Source: Thermodesulfobacteriota bacterium
Lineage (GTDB): Bacteria; Desulfobacterota_D; UBA1144; Nemesobacterales; JAJCZQ01
Assembly: GCA_965215275.1 (NCBI GenBank)
Contig: OZ244044.1
Location: 179,679-243,678 of the forward strand
Reading direction: 5' to 3'
Length of the DNA: 64,000 bases
Part shown: piece by piece, positions 18,384 through 29,440 of the stretch
How the letters are laid out: every line of letters begins with the position of its first letter
Position numbering within the stretch: the first letter of the stretch is position 1
Notes under the pieces: generated by a model
Seen by the model: only the letters and a program-made list of their open reading frames with translations
What the model was told of the DNA's origin: nothing
The model's database searches: none
Program-made: the position numbers and the translations under genes

Positions 18384-19700
18384 AAGGGAATTATAGTGAA
18401 TAGTTGACAGGAAGAAAAATTGAAAACGGGTCAGAAAATGGGTAATATTATAGCATGGTTAGAACGATCACAAGAACTGTAAAGGCAGATAGTGTTTTTC
18501 ATAAAAGGCTGGATGAATTCTTACAACAGCTTACCGACCTGTATAACGGAGCTTTATATCACAGATTAAGATCTTATGACTGGTATGAAAAAACTATCTC
18601 TAAATACGAACAGTTTAACGAACTAACTGAGGTCCGAGAGCAAGACAAGGAATTTGAAAAGTTTAATGTTGTAGCTCAAAGAAGCGTTCTGGAAAGACTG
18701 GATAATGCATATAGTCCTTATTTGAACTATTTAAAGAATAAAAAAGCAGGAAAGAAGGTGGGCAGACCAAAATACAAAGGTCCAAACAGACCTGTCAGAA
18801 GTTTTGAAACAAACAATTATAAAAACATTGAAAAGATCGGCAGAAGAACGTATTTAACGATAAAGGGACTTGGCAGATTATCTTTCAAAGGTTCTATGCC
18901 TGATGGAGTTGTTTTAAAACAACCTAAAACAACAATAAGGATAGTTAAAACTGCTATAAGGATAAAGATCCAGTTTCTATGTGAGTTTACCAGCGAAAAG
19001 AAAAGACCTATGGACAGGTCCATAGGGATCGATCTTGGAATTATAAACAGAATGGCTTTTTCAGATGGAACTAAAATACCAGGAGTTCGGTTGAACAGAA
19101 AGGAACTGAAAAGAAAGCAGAGAATTGTTTCAAGAGCGGTAAAAGGTTCTGACAGCAGAAAGAAGAAAGTTTTATCGTTAGCAAAGGAATGGGAACGAAC
19201 TACCGATCGTGAAAATAACGCTATACACAGAATGACTACCGAAATAGTAAAAAAGAACAATCATATAAAGTTGGAGGATTTAAAGATCCAAAATATGGTA
19301 AAAAATCCTTATTTAGCAAGAAGTGTAACGGAACAGCAATGGGGGAAGATTAAAACCCAACTTGACTACAAAGCCGAGATAGCTGGAGGCAAGTTAGTTT
19401 TAGTTAATTCCCATTATACAACAATGACCTGTTCTGAATGCGGAAAGGTAAATCCAAAACTGCCTTTGTCTGAAAGAGTATTTAACTGTATATATTGCGG
19501 TTATTCAGAAGACAGGGATATAAATGCAGGTAAAAATATCAATACTCTTAATGAAGGAGACTTCATATCGGGTGGGAATAAGGTAGAAATACTCCCGATG
19601 AGTGCTAAGAGTATCAGATCAAAAGAGAACAGGGATAGAGGAACTCTGCACTCAGAACAGTACGAGTAGTTGTTTGTCAACTATTCACTATAATTCCCTT
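18384..19700 (+). mobile_element. TnpB-only insertion element (IS200/IS605-family OrfB type) bounded by perfect 26-bp terminal inverted repeats
   Basis: 18384-18409 reads AAGGGAATTATAGTGAATAGTTGACA, and 19675-19700 is its exact reverse complement. Confidence 0.75.
18455..19669 (+). CDS. tnpB: TnpB (OrfB) RuvC-like RNA-guided nuclease-family transposase accessory protein
   Basis: RuvC-I motif IGIDLGI. C-terminal zinc finger CSECG...CIYCG. RuvC-III motif RDINAGKNI. Confidence 0.8.
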   Translation: MVRTITRTVKADSVFHKRLDEFLQQLTDLYNGALYHRLRSYDWYEKTISKYEQFNELTEVREQDKEFEKFNVVAQRSVLERLDNAYSPYLNYLKNKKAGKKVGRPKYKGPNRPVRSFETNNYKNIEKIGRRTYLTIKGLGRLSFKGSMPDGVVLKQPKTTIRIVKTAIRIKIQFLCEFTSEKKRPMDRSIGIDLGIINRMAFSDGTKIPGVRLNRKELKRKQRIVSRAVKGSDSRKKKVLSLAKEWERTTDRENNAIHRMTTEIVKKNNHIKLEDLKIQNMVKNPYLARSVTEQQWGKIKTQLDYKAEIAGGKLVLVNSHYTTMTCSECGKVNPKLPLSERVFNCIYCGYSEDRDINAGKNINTLNEGDFISGGNKVEILPMSAKSIRSKENRDRGTLHSEQYE

Positions 19701-19788
19701 ACATAAGTAATGCCAATGGCAGAAAAACCATGTAATATATACCTGATTCATTATTGACCAGAATAATGATACATATGATATTAATCCT

Positions 19789-21219
19789 ATGAAAAAATTC
19801 GACCTGACTATTATCGGTTCCGGACCGGGTGGGTATATAGCAGGAATTCGTGCTGCACAGCTTGGTATGAACGTTGCGGTAATTGAACGTGACAAACCTG
19901 GTGGGGTCTGTCTGAACTGGGGCTGTATACCTTCTAAAGCGATACTTAAATGTGCAGAAGTTTACAACTATATTATCAGTTCGGAAAATTACGGTATTAA
20001 AGCGGACGGGGTTTCGTACGACTACTCAAAAGTAGTAGATAAAAGCCAAAATGCATCATCGACCTTGAACAAAGGTGTTGAGTTCCTGCTTAAAAAGAAC
20101 AACGTCACCCTGTTCAAAGGGGTCGGAAAGATCGTAAAGGAAGATCAGATAGCCGTTCTTAACAAGGAAAGCACTGAGATCCATTCGGATAAGGTCCTTA
20201 TAGCTACCGGCTCGGTACCAAGAACGATCCCCGGTCTGGAAATAGACGGCAAAATAGTTATGACCAGTGATGAAGCGATCAGACACCGCGAAGTTCCCAG
20301 ATCCGTTGTAATTATAGGCGGTGGTTATATAGGAGTGGAATTTGCCTACGTTTATAACTCTTTCGGCAGTAAAGTTACGATCGTTGAAATGGAAAAGAAC
20401 ATTATTCCAGGGGCTGATGAGGAAGTCGCACAGGAACTGCGGAAGATCTTTAAAAAACAAGGGATAGAGGTACTTACTGAAACTAAATACAGGTCTGTCA
20501 AAAAGCAGAAGACATCCGCTACCGTAACGGTCGAGAACGTACGCTCAGGTGAGGAAAAAAATATAAAAGCTTCGTTGGTGTTGGTTGCAATTGGGCGGAG
20601 AGCAGTTGCAAATGCTTCCCCGTCTTCTTTCAGTTATTACGGAAAGAAGGAAAGTCTTGGGCTTGAAGAGATCGGCGTTGAGCTCAGTGATGACGGTTTT
20701 ATCAAGGTCGATAAGGATTATATGACGACTAAAAACAATATCTATGCCATTGGCGACGTCATAGGTCCCCCTCTGCTGGCACATAAAGCCTCCGAAGAAG
20801 GTGTTGCGGCGGTAGAGATCATGAACGGGATCAAAAGCAAGGTTCACTATAACAAGATACCGGGCTGCGTTTATTGTCAGCCCGAAGTAAGTACCCTCGG
20901 TCTTACCGAAAAACAGGTAAAGGAACAGGGTTTTGACTACACGGTCGGGAAATTTCCGTTCAAGGCCGCAGGAAAAGCCGTTGCCGTAGGTGATACAGAT
21001 GGATTTGTAAAGATCCTGTCTGACAAAAGGACCGGCGAGATACTCGGAGCTCATATCATAGGACATGGAGCCACGGAACTGATAGCAGAACTTGGCCTGG
21101 CGTCTTCCCTTGAAGCCACGCCCCTTGAGATCTCATACACCTCTCATGCTCACCCTACTCTTTCTGAAGCGATCATGGAAGCTGCACTGGGAGCGTTAGG
21201 AAGAACGCGCAATTTCTGA
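19789..21219 (+). CDS. lpd: Dihydrolipoyl dehydrogenase, a second copy
   Basis: GSGPGGY and CLNWGCIPSK motifs. Confidence 0.85.
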   Translation: MKKFDLTIIGSGPGGYIAGIRAAQLGMNVAVIERDKPGGVCLNWGCIPSKAILKCAEVYNYIISSENYGIKADGVSYDYSKVVDKSQNASSTLNKGVEFLLKKNNVTLFKGVGKIVKEDQIAVLNKESTEIHSDKVLIATGSVPRTIPGLEIDGKIVMTSDEAIRHREVPRSVVIIGGGYIGVEFAYVYNSFGSKVTIVEMEKNIIPGADEEVAQELRKIFKKQGIEVLTETKYRSVKKQKTSATVTVENVRSGEEKNIKASLVLVAIGRRAVANASPSSFSYYGKKESLGLEEIGVELSDDGFIKVDKDYMTTKNNIYAIGDVIGPPLLAHKASEEGVAAVEIMNGIKSKVHYNKIPGCVYCQPEVSTLGLTEKQVKEQGFDYTVGKFPFKAAGKAVAVGDTDGFVKILSDKRTGEILGAHIIGHGATELIAELGLASSLEATPLEISYTSHAHPTLSEAIMEAALGALGRTRNF

Positions 21220-21248
21220 ACATCCTGCCGTTCAAGTCGTTTACTGCC

Positions 21249-21923
21249 ATGAGCACGCTTGATATATACCACCTTGGAACGATCAGTTACAAGGATGCCA
21301 TGGATATACAGTTCAAGCTGCTCGAAAAGAGGATCAATAAAGAGATAAACGACTCTCTTTTACTGCTTGAGCATCCATCAACGATCACAATTGGCAGAAG
21401 CGGTAAAAGATCCAATCTTCTTATTTCCGACAGTTATTTAAAAAGCAGAAATATAGAATTTTTTGAAACGAACAGAGGTGGGGACATAACGTTCCATGGT
21501 CCGGGACAGATCGTATGCTACCCGATCATAGACCTGGATGATCGCACAAAGGACGTTCATAAGTATATAAGGGATTTGGAAGAAATAATTATAGAGACCC
21601 TTAAGGAATTTGACGTTGAAGGGCAGAGGATCGATGGACTGACCGGAGTATGGACGAAGGGGTGCAAGGTCGCGTCTATTGGAGTGGGTATAAGAAGATG
21701 GACCACCTATCATGGGTTTGCCATTAATGTAAATACTGACCTTGATCTTTTTGATCTTATAATCCCATGTGGAATTGCTGACGTTGAAATGACCTCTATA
21801 AAACGCTGTAATGACCTTGAAGACAAAATAGAGATGGATTCCGTCTGTAAGATCATTATTGAAAAGTTCATTAACGAGTTTAAGTATCTTGAAACAGAGG
21901 AAAAAACGTTAGTTACTGACTGA
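21249..21923 (+). CDS. lipB: Lipoyl(octanoyl) transferase
   Basis: LipB-like domain including the RGGDITFHGPGQ motif. Confidence 0.8.
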   Translation: MSTLDIYHLGTISYKDAMDIQFKLLEKRINKEINDSLLLLEHPSTITIGRSGKRSNLLISDSYLKSRNIEFFETNRGGDITFHGPGQIVCYPIIDLDDRTKDVHKYIRDLEEIIIETLKEFDVEGQRIDGLTGVWTKGCKVASIGVGIRRWTTYHGFAINVNTDLDLFDLIIPCGIADVEMTSIKRCNDLEDKIEMDSVCKIIIEKFINEFKYLETEEKTLVTD

Positions 21924-22019
21924 AACGACCCTGTCTAAGGCAAATTTCTCTTCCCTGTGCTCTCTATACTTCCTGCACAAATAATCTAACCTATACATAC
22001 TAATGAAAGCACATTGTTG

Positions 22020-22690
22020 TCACGGTATTTGTGAACCTAACTGTCCTGTGTCAGCGTCGACCGCTATGCAAGGGTTGCTCGTAGGACTGAAGAAGGACCA
22101 AACGCCGGTGCAATCAGCCATATTCAAAGCATTTAGCTGTGTTCCATCATCATCCAGTACCGGTATAGGAAGGTTTGCAGAGTCAGATGCTTCTTGTACA
22201 AGAACATAAGGACACTTAATAATGTCCGCCATTTCCGGGGCATTGGGACGACCTGACCAAAAACCACGCCATTCTTTTTCATTCATATTGTTTTGTACAA
22301 GGTTGTATATTCCGGGATTGATAAATTCACCAGGGCGGGATTCAACGCTGGTCTGGTAAAACAGCACCATGGAATTTCTTCCAGGATTTCCTTTACTATC
22401 TTGCTGATTGGAACCGATGTATCCTACTTGTCTAAAATGGTGTCGCCTGCCATTATCGTCAATGAATGTGCTTGTAGCCAGTATGTTGTTTTCGTTAAGC
22501 GTTACCTCTTCCATAACTTCAAAAGCACATATTGGCGTATTATTTGCCCCTAATGTTGTATAATATCCAACCCACTCCACTGGGGCTGGAGAACTGTCCT
22601 TACTATCACATGCGAATATAGTTGCTCCAGCAAGTAGAATTCCTGCAAATACTGAACTAATCTTTTTGTAATGTCGTAAAATAATATTTC
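22020..22690 (-). CDS. Hypothetical lipoprotein. The signal peptide lies upstream of the tracked ORF and has no in-frame canonical start codon.
   Basis: The in-frame upstream translation is KKISSVFAGILLAGATIFAC-DSKD, a lipobox. A stop lies 20 codons further upstream and no ATG, GTG or TTG is available. The IS end sits about 60 nt away. Confidence 0.5.
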
Positions 22691-22731
22691 TCCTGATAGA
22701 TTTTCTCCAAATTTATTACAGAGGATCATAT

Positions 22732-24035
22732 TTGTCAATGGGAACTATATACTTAAGTATCCAGTGGATACTAAAAGTTCTCTTTGACGAGTCATAGACC
22801 AGTTCCTGTCCCCAACCCCTCTGCAGTCTCCCCGTCCAATCACCCCTTTCCCTGAGGCTATAATTTGTTTTATTCCAGTTTCCAACTGGTTAAATGCAGC
22901 ATTTAAGTCAGCATTAACTTCATAACCGCAAGATGTACACTTAAATCTGGATTGCGATCTTCTGTTATCAGGAGATCTGTGTCCGCATTCAGAACAGGTT
23001 TGACTGGTATATGCAGCTGGAACTTCTTCAGTAGCATTACACTTGTAATCCAGCATCCTTTTCATATCAAACCAGCCAGTAGCACGAATGTTCCTGTTCA
23101 TCTTGCGAAAGTTCTTCCATTTCTTTCTGGCTGTCATCCCTTGTGTATTAAGTCTCTCAAGTACAGGAACATCATAAAGATCGGAGATCTTTCTTGTAAC
23201 CTGATGTCTCCAGTCCTTCTGTCTGTTTGCCAGCTTCCTATGAAGTTTCTGTAACCTTTCCTTAGTAATTCTCCACCTGTTACTTCTCTCTTCCTGACGT
23301 GCAAGTTTCTTTTGGTATCTGCGTATCTTTGCTTCTGTAAGTTCATCATCAGATAACTTAAAAACCTGTCCGTCAGACAGCGTAACCTGTCTTGAATTCC
23401 TGTCCATTGCTACAACTCTTACTTCTTTCTTTTCCTTTTTAGTTTCATCTATCTCATAGGTAAGGTACGCATACCACTTACCGCATTCCTTCCTTATCCT
23501 GCCAGAAAGGAACTTTCCATCAGGATATGGATTCTTACCTGCCAACCTGAACCATCCAACCTTTAAAATACGGAGCCACTTATTATCTGACAGTTTAGCT
23601 GACTGATAATTTACCGGGAATGAAGGAGTGGTTTTTAATTTACTCTTGAATTTAGGTTGTCCCGATTTTCCATCCCTGTATCTCTTACAGGCATTTGTAA
23701 GGTCCAGTAAATAATGCTGAAGTATGTAAGCAGATGCTTCTTTCAGAAAGTAGTTCTTTTCTTCTTTCTTCAATTCTCTCAAATCGTTACCTAAACTCTC
23801 ATGACCATAACCATCATTAAAATCATTATCCTTTAAATTTCCCACGAATTGATTCCAGATAAACCTGCAACAGCCAGCAGTAGAGGAAAGTTTATGAAAC
23901 TTCTCCCTGTTGTTTGATCTCAACCTCTGCCTTACCGTTCTTATTGTCTTACCTTCTTTCATATTTGTAATTTTACCTTATTCCCTTGCTTTTTTTAAGT
24001 AGTTTGGATAGTTAAGTATATAGTCCCCTTGTCAA
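22732..24035 (-). mobile_element. Second, distinct TnpB-only insertion element with imperfect terminal inverted repeats of about 30 bp
   Basis: 22732-22762 reads TTGTCAATGGGAACTATATACTTAAGTATCC. The reverse complement of 24006-24035 is TTGACAAGGGGACTATATACTTAACTATCC. Confidence 0.65.
22745..23962 (-). CDS. tnpB: TnpB (OrfB)-family protein
   Basis: C-terminal zinc finger CSECG...CTSCG and RuvC-III-like VNADLNAAFN; 405 aa. Confidence 0.8.
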   Translation of the reverse strand: MKEGKTIRTVRQRLRSNNREKFHKLSSTAGCCRFIWNQFVGNLKDNDFNDGYGHESLGNDLRELKKEEKNYFLKEASAYILQHYLLDLTNACKRYRDGKSGQPKFKSKLKTTPSFPVNYQSAKLSDNKWLRILKVGWFRLAGKNPYPDGKFLSGRIRKECGKWYAYLTYEIDETKKEKKEVRVVAMDRNSRQVTLSDGQVFKLSDDELTEAKIRRYQKKLARQEERSNRWRITKERLQKLHRKLANRQKDWRHQVTRKISDLYDVPVLERLNTQGMTARKKWKNFRKMNRNIRATGWFDMKRMLDYKCNATEEVPAAYTSQTCSECGHRSPDNRRSQSRFKCTSCGYEVNADLNAAFNQLETGIKQIIASGKGVIGRGDCRGVGDRNWSMTRQRELLVSTGYLSI

Positions 24036-24240
24036 TTAAGGGATCTGCCGTATGTTCAATATTCAATCGCAGATGTTTTAATATGAATAACTTGATAAGT
24101 TAAGTAATTGTTTTCAGGAGAAAGAGTTTTTCCGAACACGAGCCTCAAGGACATTACACGGTAACGCACCCGTTCTCCTCAACGAACTTATAAAAGAAAA
24201 CCAGGTTGTAATTCTATCTTGTGTTTTGCTGTCAATATTA

Positions 24241-26694
24241 TCAGGTCTTTATCCGAGACCTAATCTTCCTTCTTATCACAACAGATACAGGTATAAGCAT
24301 CAGCGATGCCACTGCTGTGAGCATATCAGGAACGGCTTCGCTCTGACCGGAGACCGCACATCCTCCTCCGCCTGTATCACTACCTGATGACGTTGGTCTT
24401 TGTGTCGGTGGTCTTGTTGTTGGTGGGTCTGTCGGTCCTGGCGGCGTAGTTGTTACCCTGATCGTAAATCTCAGCTCATCCGTATCTCCATCTTCGTCCG
24501 TTACCTTATATGTATAACTGCCAGAAGATACAGCAGTCGGTGTTCCGCTGATAACTCTGTCAGTTTCACTGAAAGCAAGTCCAGCAGGTAAACCAGTAGC
24601 AGGTAAAAGAGGGGACAGGCTGTAGGTCAGTTCTCCATTCCCTGCTGTTGCCTCAGGCAGTGTTTCTTTTATTGCAGTTCCCGGCACGTAATTCTTATCT
24701 GGTATGGTCCAGTTGTTAAACGTCGGCGTGTCCCCAGACATATGACCATAGACCTTTATGTTCCATGAGTGTAAGGTCCCCGTACCTGCAATTGAATTGT
24801 TAGTTATCTTCAAGGTCCACTCTCCAGCAGGGTCCGTTCCTAAGTGATTGGCTAAACCAAAACGATGTTCCCTGCCTGTGTACTTAAAGTCGTCTACAGT
24901 AAGAGATCCGTCAGATAAATGTGATAACGCTTCTGATGCATATTCCTCAGTGAGTTTTGACACGGTAGTATCGTCAGGAGAAGTTATTTCTATATCTAAA
25001 AAAGGAAAGAAAGGATGGGTAAAATTGATACCTATCTCTATAAATTCCGTAAATACCTCAGTGTCTGGTATATCTATATCAGGTACTGTCAGTGTGAAAA
25101 CAACTGAAACGTCTTCTGCGTTTTCCCCCGTTGTGAAGTCTGGTATAACCGTATTGATATTACCCGAGGAAACCGTCACGGGTTTCATTTGCGGTGGAAC
25201 GTTGGTCCAGCTTTCTGCAAGTTCCACTGCAGCTGCAGCGTCTACTGTGCCAAAAGTATCTACTGTGCCAAAACCGAACTTTGGATTGTAAAAATAATAC
25301 TCTGAATCAGAACCGTATTGAAGTGCTACTCTCTTCCATTCTTGGGTATCACCGGAACGGGAGCCCTGGCTGGCTGAACCTGCCAAGATCAGTTTCAGGT
25401 CTCGCCAGCTAAGATCACTGTTTACCTCTCTCATCAGTGCTGCAATTCCTGAAACGACCGCTGCTGAATTTGACGTTCCAGGGAACTCAAAAGTATAACC
25501 GTCGTTATTGTCGGTAGTTACAATACCGGAACCCGGTGCACATACCCATAGATTGTATCCCTCTTCTGAAAAGGAACTCTTAGTAACAGCGAGCGCATCC
25601 CTATCGATCTCTGATGAACATACGGTAGTTACTGCGTAGTAGTTGGAATACTCATCAAAATTAGCCTGGTCTGATCCTTCATGTCCGTCCCCTGCCGCCC
25701 ATACGTAAAACACCCCTTTACCACCAAATCCTTCTCTTATACCCGTTCTCACCCCTTCTTCCCACTCTGATGAAGCCTCTGTAAGAACGGGAAGGTCCTT
25801 CGGTCCCCAGTTGTTGACCGATACAGCAGTTATATCCTTATTACGGACCATGGCGTCCTTTGCATTAGCATCACTGAAGTTACCAGCTAAATTATAACTG
25901 TAGATGTTTGCCTCAGGTGCTACACCTCTTACTCCAAGGCTGTTATCACCCACTGCTGCTATAATGCCAGCTACACGTGTTCCACGACCACTGAAAGGAC
26001 TGTACAGATCACCATTCCCAGAGTAATCATGAGAAAGTGTGGTATCTACATTGTCAGCAAGGTCCTCATGGTCTGTGTCCATACCATGATCTACCACCGC
26101 TACGTTAATCCCAGCACCAAATACGGCATCATCCCAGACATCTTCTATGTTTATGTCTATATCTTGTCTGGCGGAGGTTTGGAATACCTTATCGCCACCT
26201 AATATTACATCAACCGCTGGAGATTCCAGATACCACTGACAGCCGTATAAGGGATCATTTGGAAAATTGGTAGTAATAATTGAACAGGTTTCAAAGAGTT
26301 GATTAGAATCAGCTAATTGAACTTGAACTCGATAGGATGTAGCACCACTGCTTCCTACAACGATATAGTACGTTCCCCGTCTGAGGTGAGTTTGTATAGA
26401 TATATTTCCTAGTAGCCTTTCATCACTTGGGTCCACTACTTCAGTAGTACTTGCTATCAGATCATCATTACTGTCACATACCTGTAGGCTGTATTCCTGA
26501 TCATTGGAGAAGGGGAAGGTTACCAATATATCTGCAATAAAATCTCCATTTATGTTTATCTGAAAGTAATGCGGATCAGCACCGGCAGCTAAACTTCCAT
26601 TGTGTGTTGGTCCTTGCACTCTCAACGTAGCTTCGGTCGTTGCACTGGAGTCACAGTTGTTAATGCTGGTCTTACCATATGCACTAATGGACAC
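24241..26694 (-). CDS. Kexin-like (S8B) subtilase-family surface protein, paralog 2. It has an N-terminal beta-sandwich-type pre-domain, a P-domain, one He_PIG repeat and the same C-terminal sorting-type signal. The full-length form would start at ATG 26758 if the C-tract length changed.
   Basis: Asp motif VVDHGMDTDHEDL. The His region is RGTRVAG, with no His. The Ser region is GTSNSAA. The P-domain ends in GEWTLKITNN...HSWNIKVYG. The C-terminus is GGGGCAVS-hydrophobic helix-RRKIRSRIKT. Confidence 0.75.
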   Translation of the reverse strand: MSISAYGKTSINNCDSSATTEATLRVQGPTHNGSLAAGADPHYFQININGDFIADILVTFPFSNDQEYSLQVCDSNDDLIASTTEVVDPSDERLLGNISIQTHLRRGTYYIVVGSSGATSYRVQVQLADSNQLFETCSIITTNFPNDPLYGCQWYLESPAVDVILGGDKVFQTSARQDIDINIEDVWDDAVFGAGINVAVVDHGMDTDHEDLADNVDTTLSHDYSGNGDLYSPFSGRGTRVAGIIAAVGDNSLGVRGVAPEANIYSYNLAGNFSDANAKDAMVRNKDITAVSVNNWGPKDLPVLTEASSEWEEGVRTGIREGFGGKGVFYVWAAGDGHEGSDQANFDEYSNYYAVTTVCSSEIDRDALAVTKSSFSEEGYNLWVCAPGSGIVTTDNNDGYTFEFPGTSNSAAVVSGIAALMREVNSDLSWRDLKLILAGSASQGSRSGDTQEWKRVALQYGSDSEYYFYNPKFGFGTVDTFGTVDAAAAVELAESWTNVPPQMKPVTVSSGNINTVIPDFTTGENAEDVSVVFTLTVPDIDIPDTEVFTEFIEIGINFTHPFFPFLDIEITSPDDTTVSKLTEEYASEALSHLSDGSLTVDDFKYTGREHRFGLANHLGTDPAGEWTLKITNNSIAGTGTLHSWNIKVYGHMSGDTPTFNNWTIPDKNYVPGTAIKETLPEATAGNGELTYSLSPLLPATGLPAGLAFSETDRVISGTPTAVSSGSYTYKVTDEDGDTDELRFTIRVTTTPPGPTDPPTTRPPTQRPTSSGSDTGGGGCAVSGQSEAVPDMLTAVASLMLIPVSVVIRRKIRSRIKT

Positions 26695-26732
26695 AAAGCA
26701 CAGAAGAAAGAAAAAAGGAATTAATAACTTAT

Positions 26733-26744
26733 GGGGGGGGGGGG
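26733..26744 (-). repeat. Homopolymeric C12 tract on the coding strand (G12 on the plus strand), lying between the upstream ATG and the signal peptide of paralog 2
   Basis: ATG-TTG-AAG-TTT-CTC-C12 runs into TAA. With C11 or C14 the frame reads MLKFLPPPHKLLIPFFFLLCFVSISAYG, which continues into the protease frame. Confidence 0.8.
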
Positions 26745-26767
26745 AGAAACTTCAACATTATTATATT

Positions 26768-26796
26768 ATTGTACTTATGTCCAGCTGAAAGGTCAA
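26768..26796 (-). promoter_or_regulatory. Putative sigma70 promoter of paralog 2: TTGACC, a 17-bp spacer, then TACAAT
   Basis: Near-consensus hexamers with 17-bp spacing. The ATG at 26758 is 9 nt after the -10 element. Confidence 0.6.
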
Positions 26797-26807
26797 GTAT
26801 ATATGGA

Positions 26808-26817
26808 GGGGGGGGGG
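26808..26817 (-). repeat. Homopolymeric C10 tract on the coding strand (G10 on the plus strand), 11 bp upstream of the -35 element of paralog 2
   Basis: Position is homologous to the C11 tract at 1172-1182. Confidence 0.85.
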
Positions 26818-27048
26818 TAACAGAGATACGCGTTTTTAAACTCATAATAGTGATATTCTACTTCTGTTCTGCTGTAATGTCAAGTATAACGTCTTTCTCT
26901 TTCCCTTTTTTACAGTGATAAAGATCTTCAGGATATACGGATCATTCCTAAAATAACAATGAATAATTAAGACAATGCGACAGAGTTTGATAAAATAGAT
27001 CAAAGTATTATCTGAAACTAAAACCTGTACTTTATCTGACTATATATT

Positions 27049-27660
27049 ATGAAACTAATAGAAGAGATAATAATAGCAACAGAAAACAAGGGAAAGGCAG
27101 CTGAATTTTCGTATTTGCTAGGTAGTTACTTCAGCCGAGTTAGATGTTTGCTGGATTTTGATCAAATACCCGAAATAGTGGAAGATGGGAGTTCATTTGA
27201 AGAAAATGCCGTGAAAAAAGCTCAGATCACCTCTGAATTTTTCAATAAAATGGTAATTGCTGACGACTCAGGTCTGGCAGTGACTTCTTTAAATGGCGAA
27301 CCGGGTATCTATTCTGCAAGATATGCAGGAGAGAACAGCACAGACGATCAGAACGTCAATAAACTCCTGGAGAAGATCAGATCAGTAAAGAACAGGGAAG
27401 CAAGATTTATATGCGCAGTAGTTCTTGCCTGTCCTGATGGTATGACCAGGCTGTTTAAAGGAACATGCAACGGCGTGATAATAGATGAAAAAAGAGGGAA
27501 TAACGGATTTGGTTATGACCCGGTCTTTTACCTGCCAGAAATGAAAATGACCATGGCAGAACTCGACCCTGCCGATAAGAATAAAATAAGCCATAGAGCA
27601 AAAGCCGTTAAAAAGCTGGTAGATTATTTGAATAGCTTTCTCGGTGTTGAAAGAACTTGA
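27049..27660 (+). CDS. rdgB: Non-canonical purine NTP pyrophosphatase, RdgB/HAM1 family
   Basis: IIATENKGKAAEF and GFGYDPVFY motifs. Confidence 0.85.
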   Translation: MKLIEEIIIATENKGKAAEFSYLLGSYFSRVRCLLDFDQIPEIVEDGSSFEENAVKKAQITSEFFNKMVIADDSGLAVTSLNGEPGIYSARYAGENSTDDQNVNKLLEKIRSVKNREARFICAVVLACPDGMTRLFKGTCNGVIIDEKRGNNGFGYDPVFYLPEMKMTMAELDPADKNKISHRAKAVKKLVDYLNSFLGVERT

Positions 27661-27813
27661 TCATTTAAATATACTTTACAAAAGCATATGATATAAGCAG
27701 GGAATGATAATGATCTGCTTTGTAAAGATCAACGTTCTTTAAAGGTGTGGAGGGTCTTTTCAAAGTAAATAAGGACTTGAAACTTAATGTTTTTGTTTAA
27801 AAATTTGATTTAA

Positions 27814-29427
<1,614 letters not shown>

Positions 29428-29440
29428 TTAGAACCAACTA

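Noticed and set aside
18384-24035. The idea that the two TnpB elements form a composite transposon carrying lpd-lipB.
   Set aside because: The two elements encode clearly different TnpB proteins and have unrelated TIR sequences. They are not two copies of one IS, so only an IS-bracketed region is claimed.
24100-24185. An inverted repeat AGGAGAA...(about 45 nt)...TTCTCCT between the paralog 2 stop and IS element 2, considered as a riboswitch or terminator.
   Set aside because: The stem is 7 bp with a very long loop and no U-run, and I recognise no conserved riboswitch motif.
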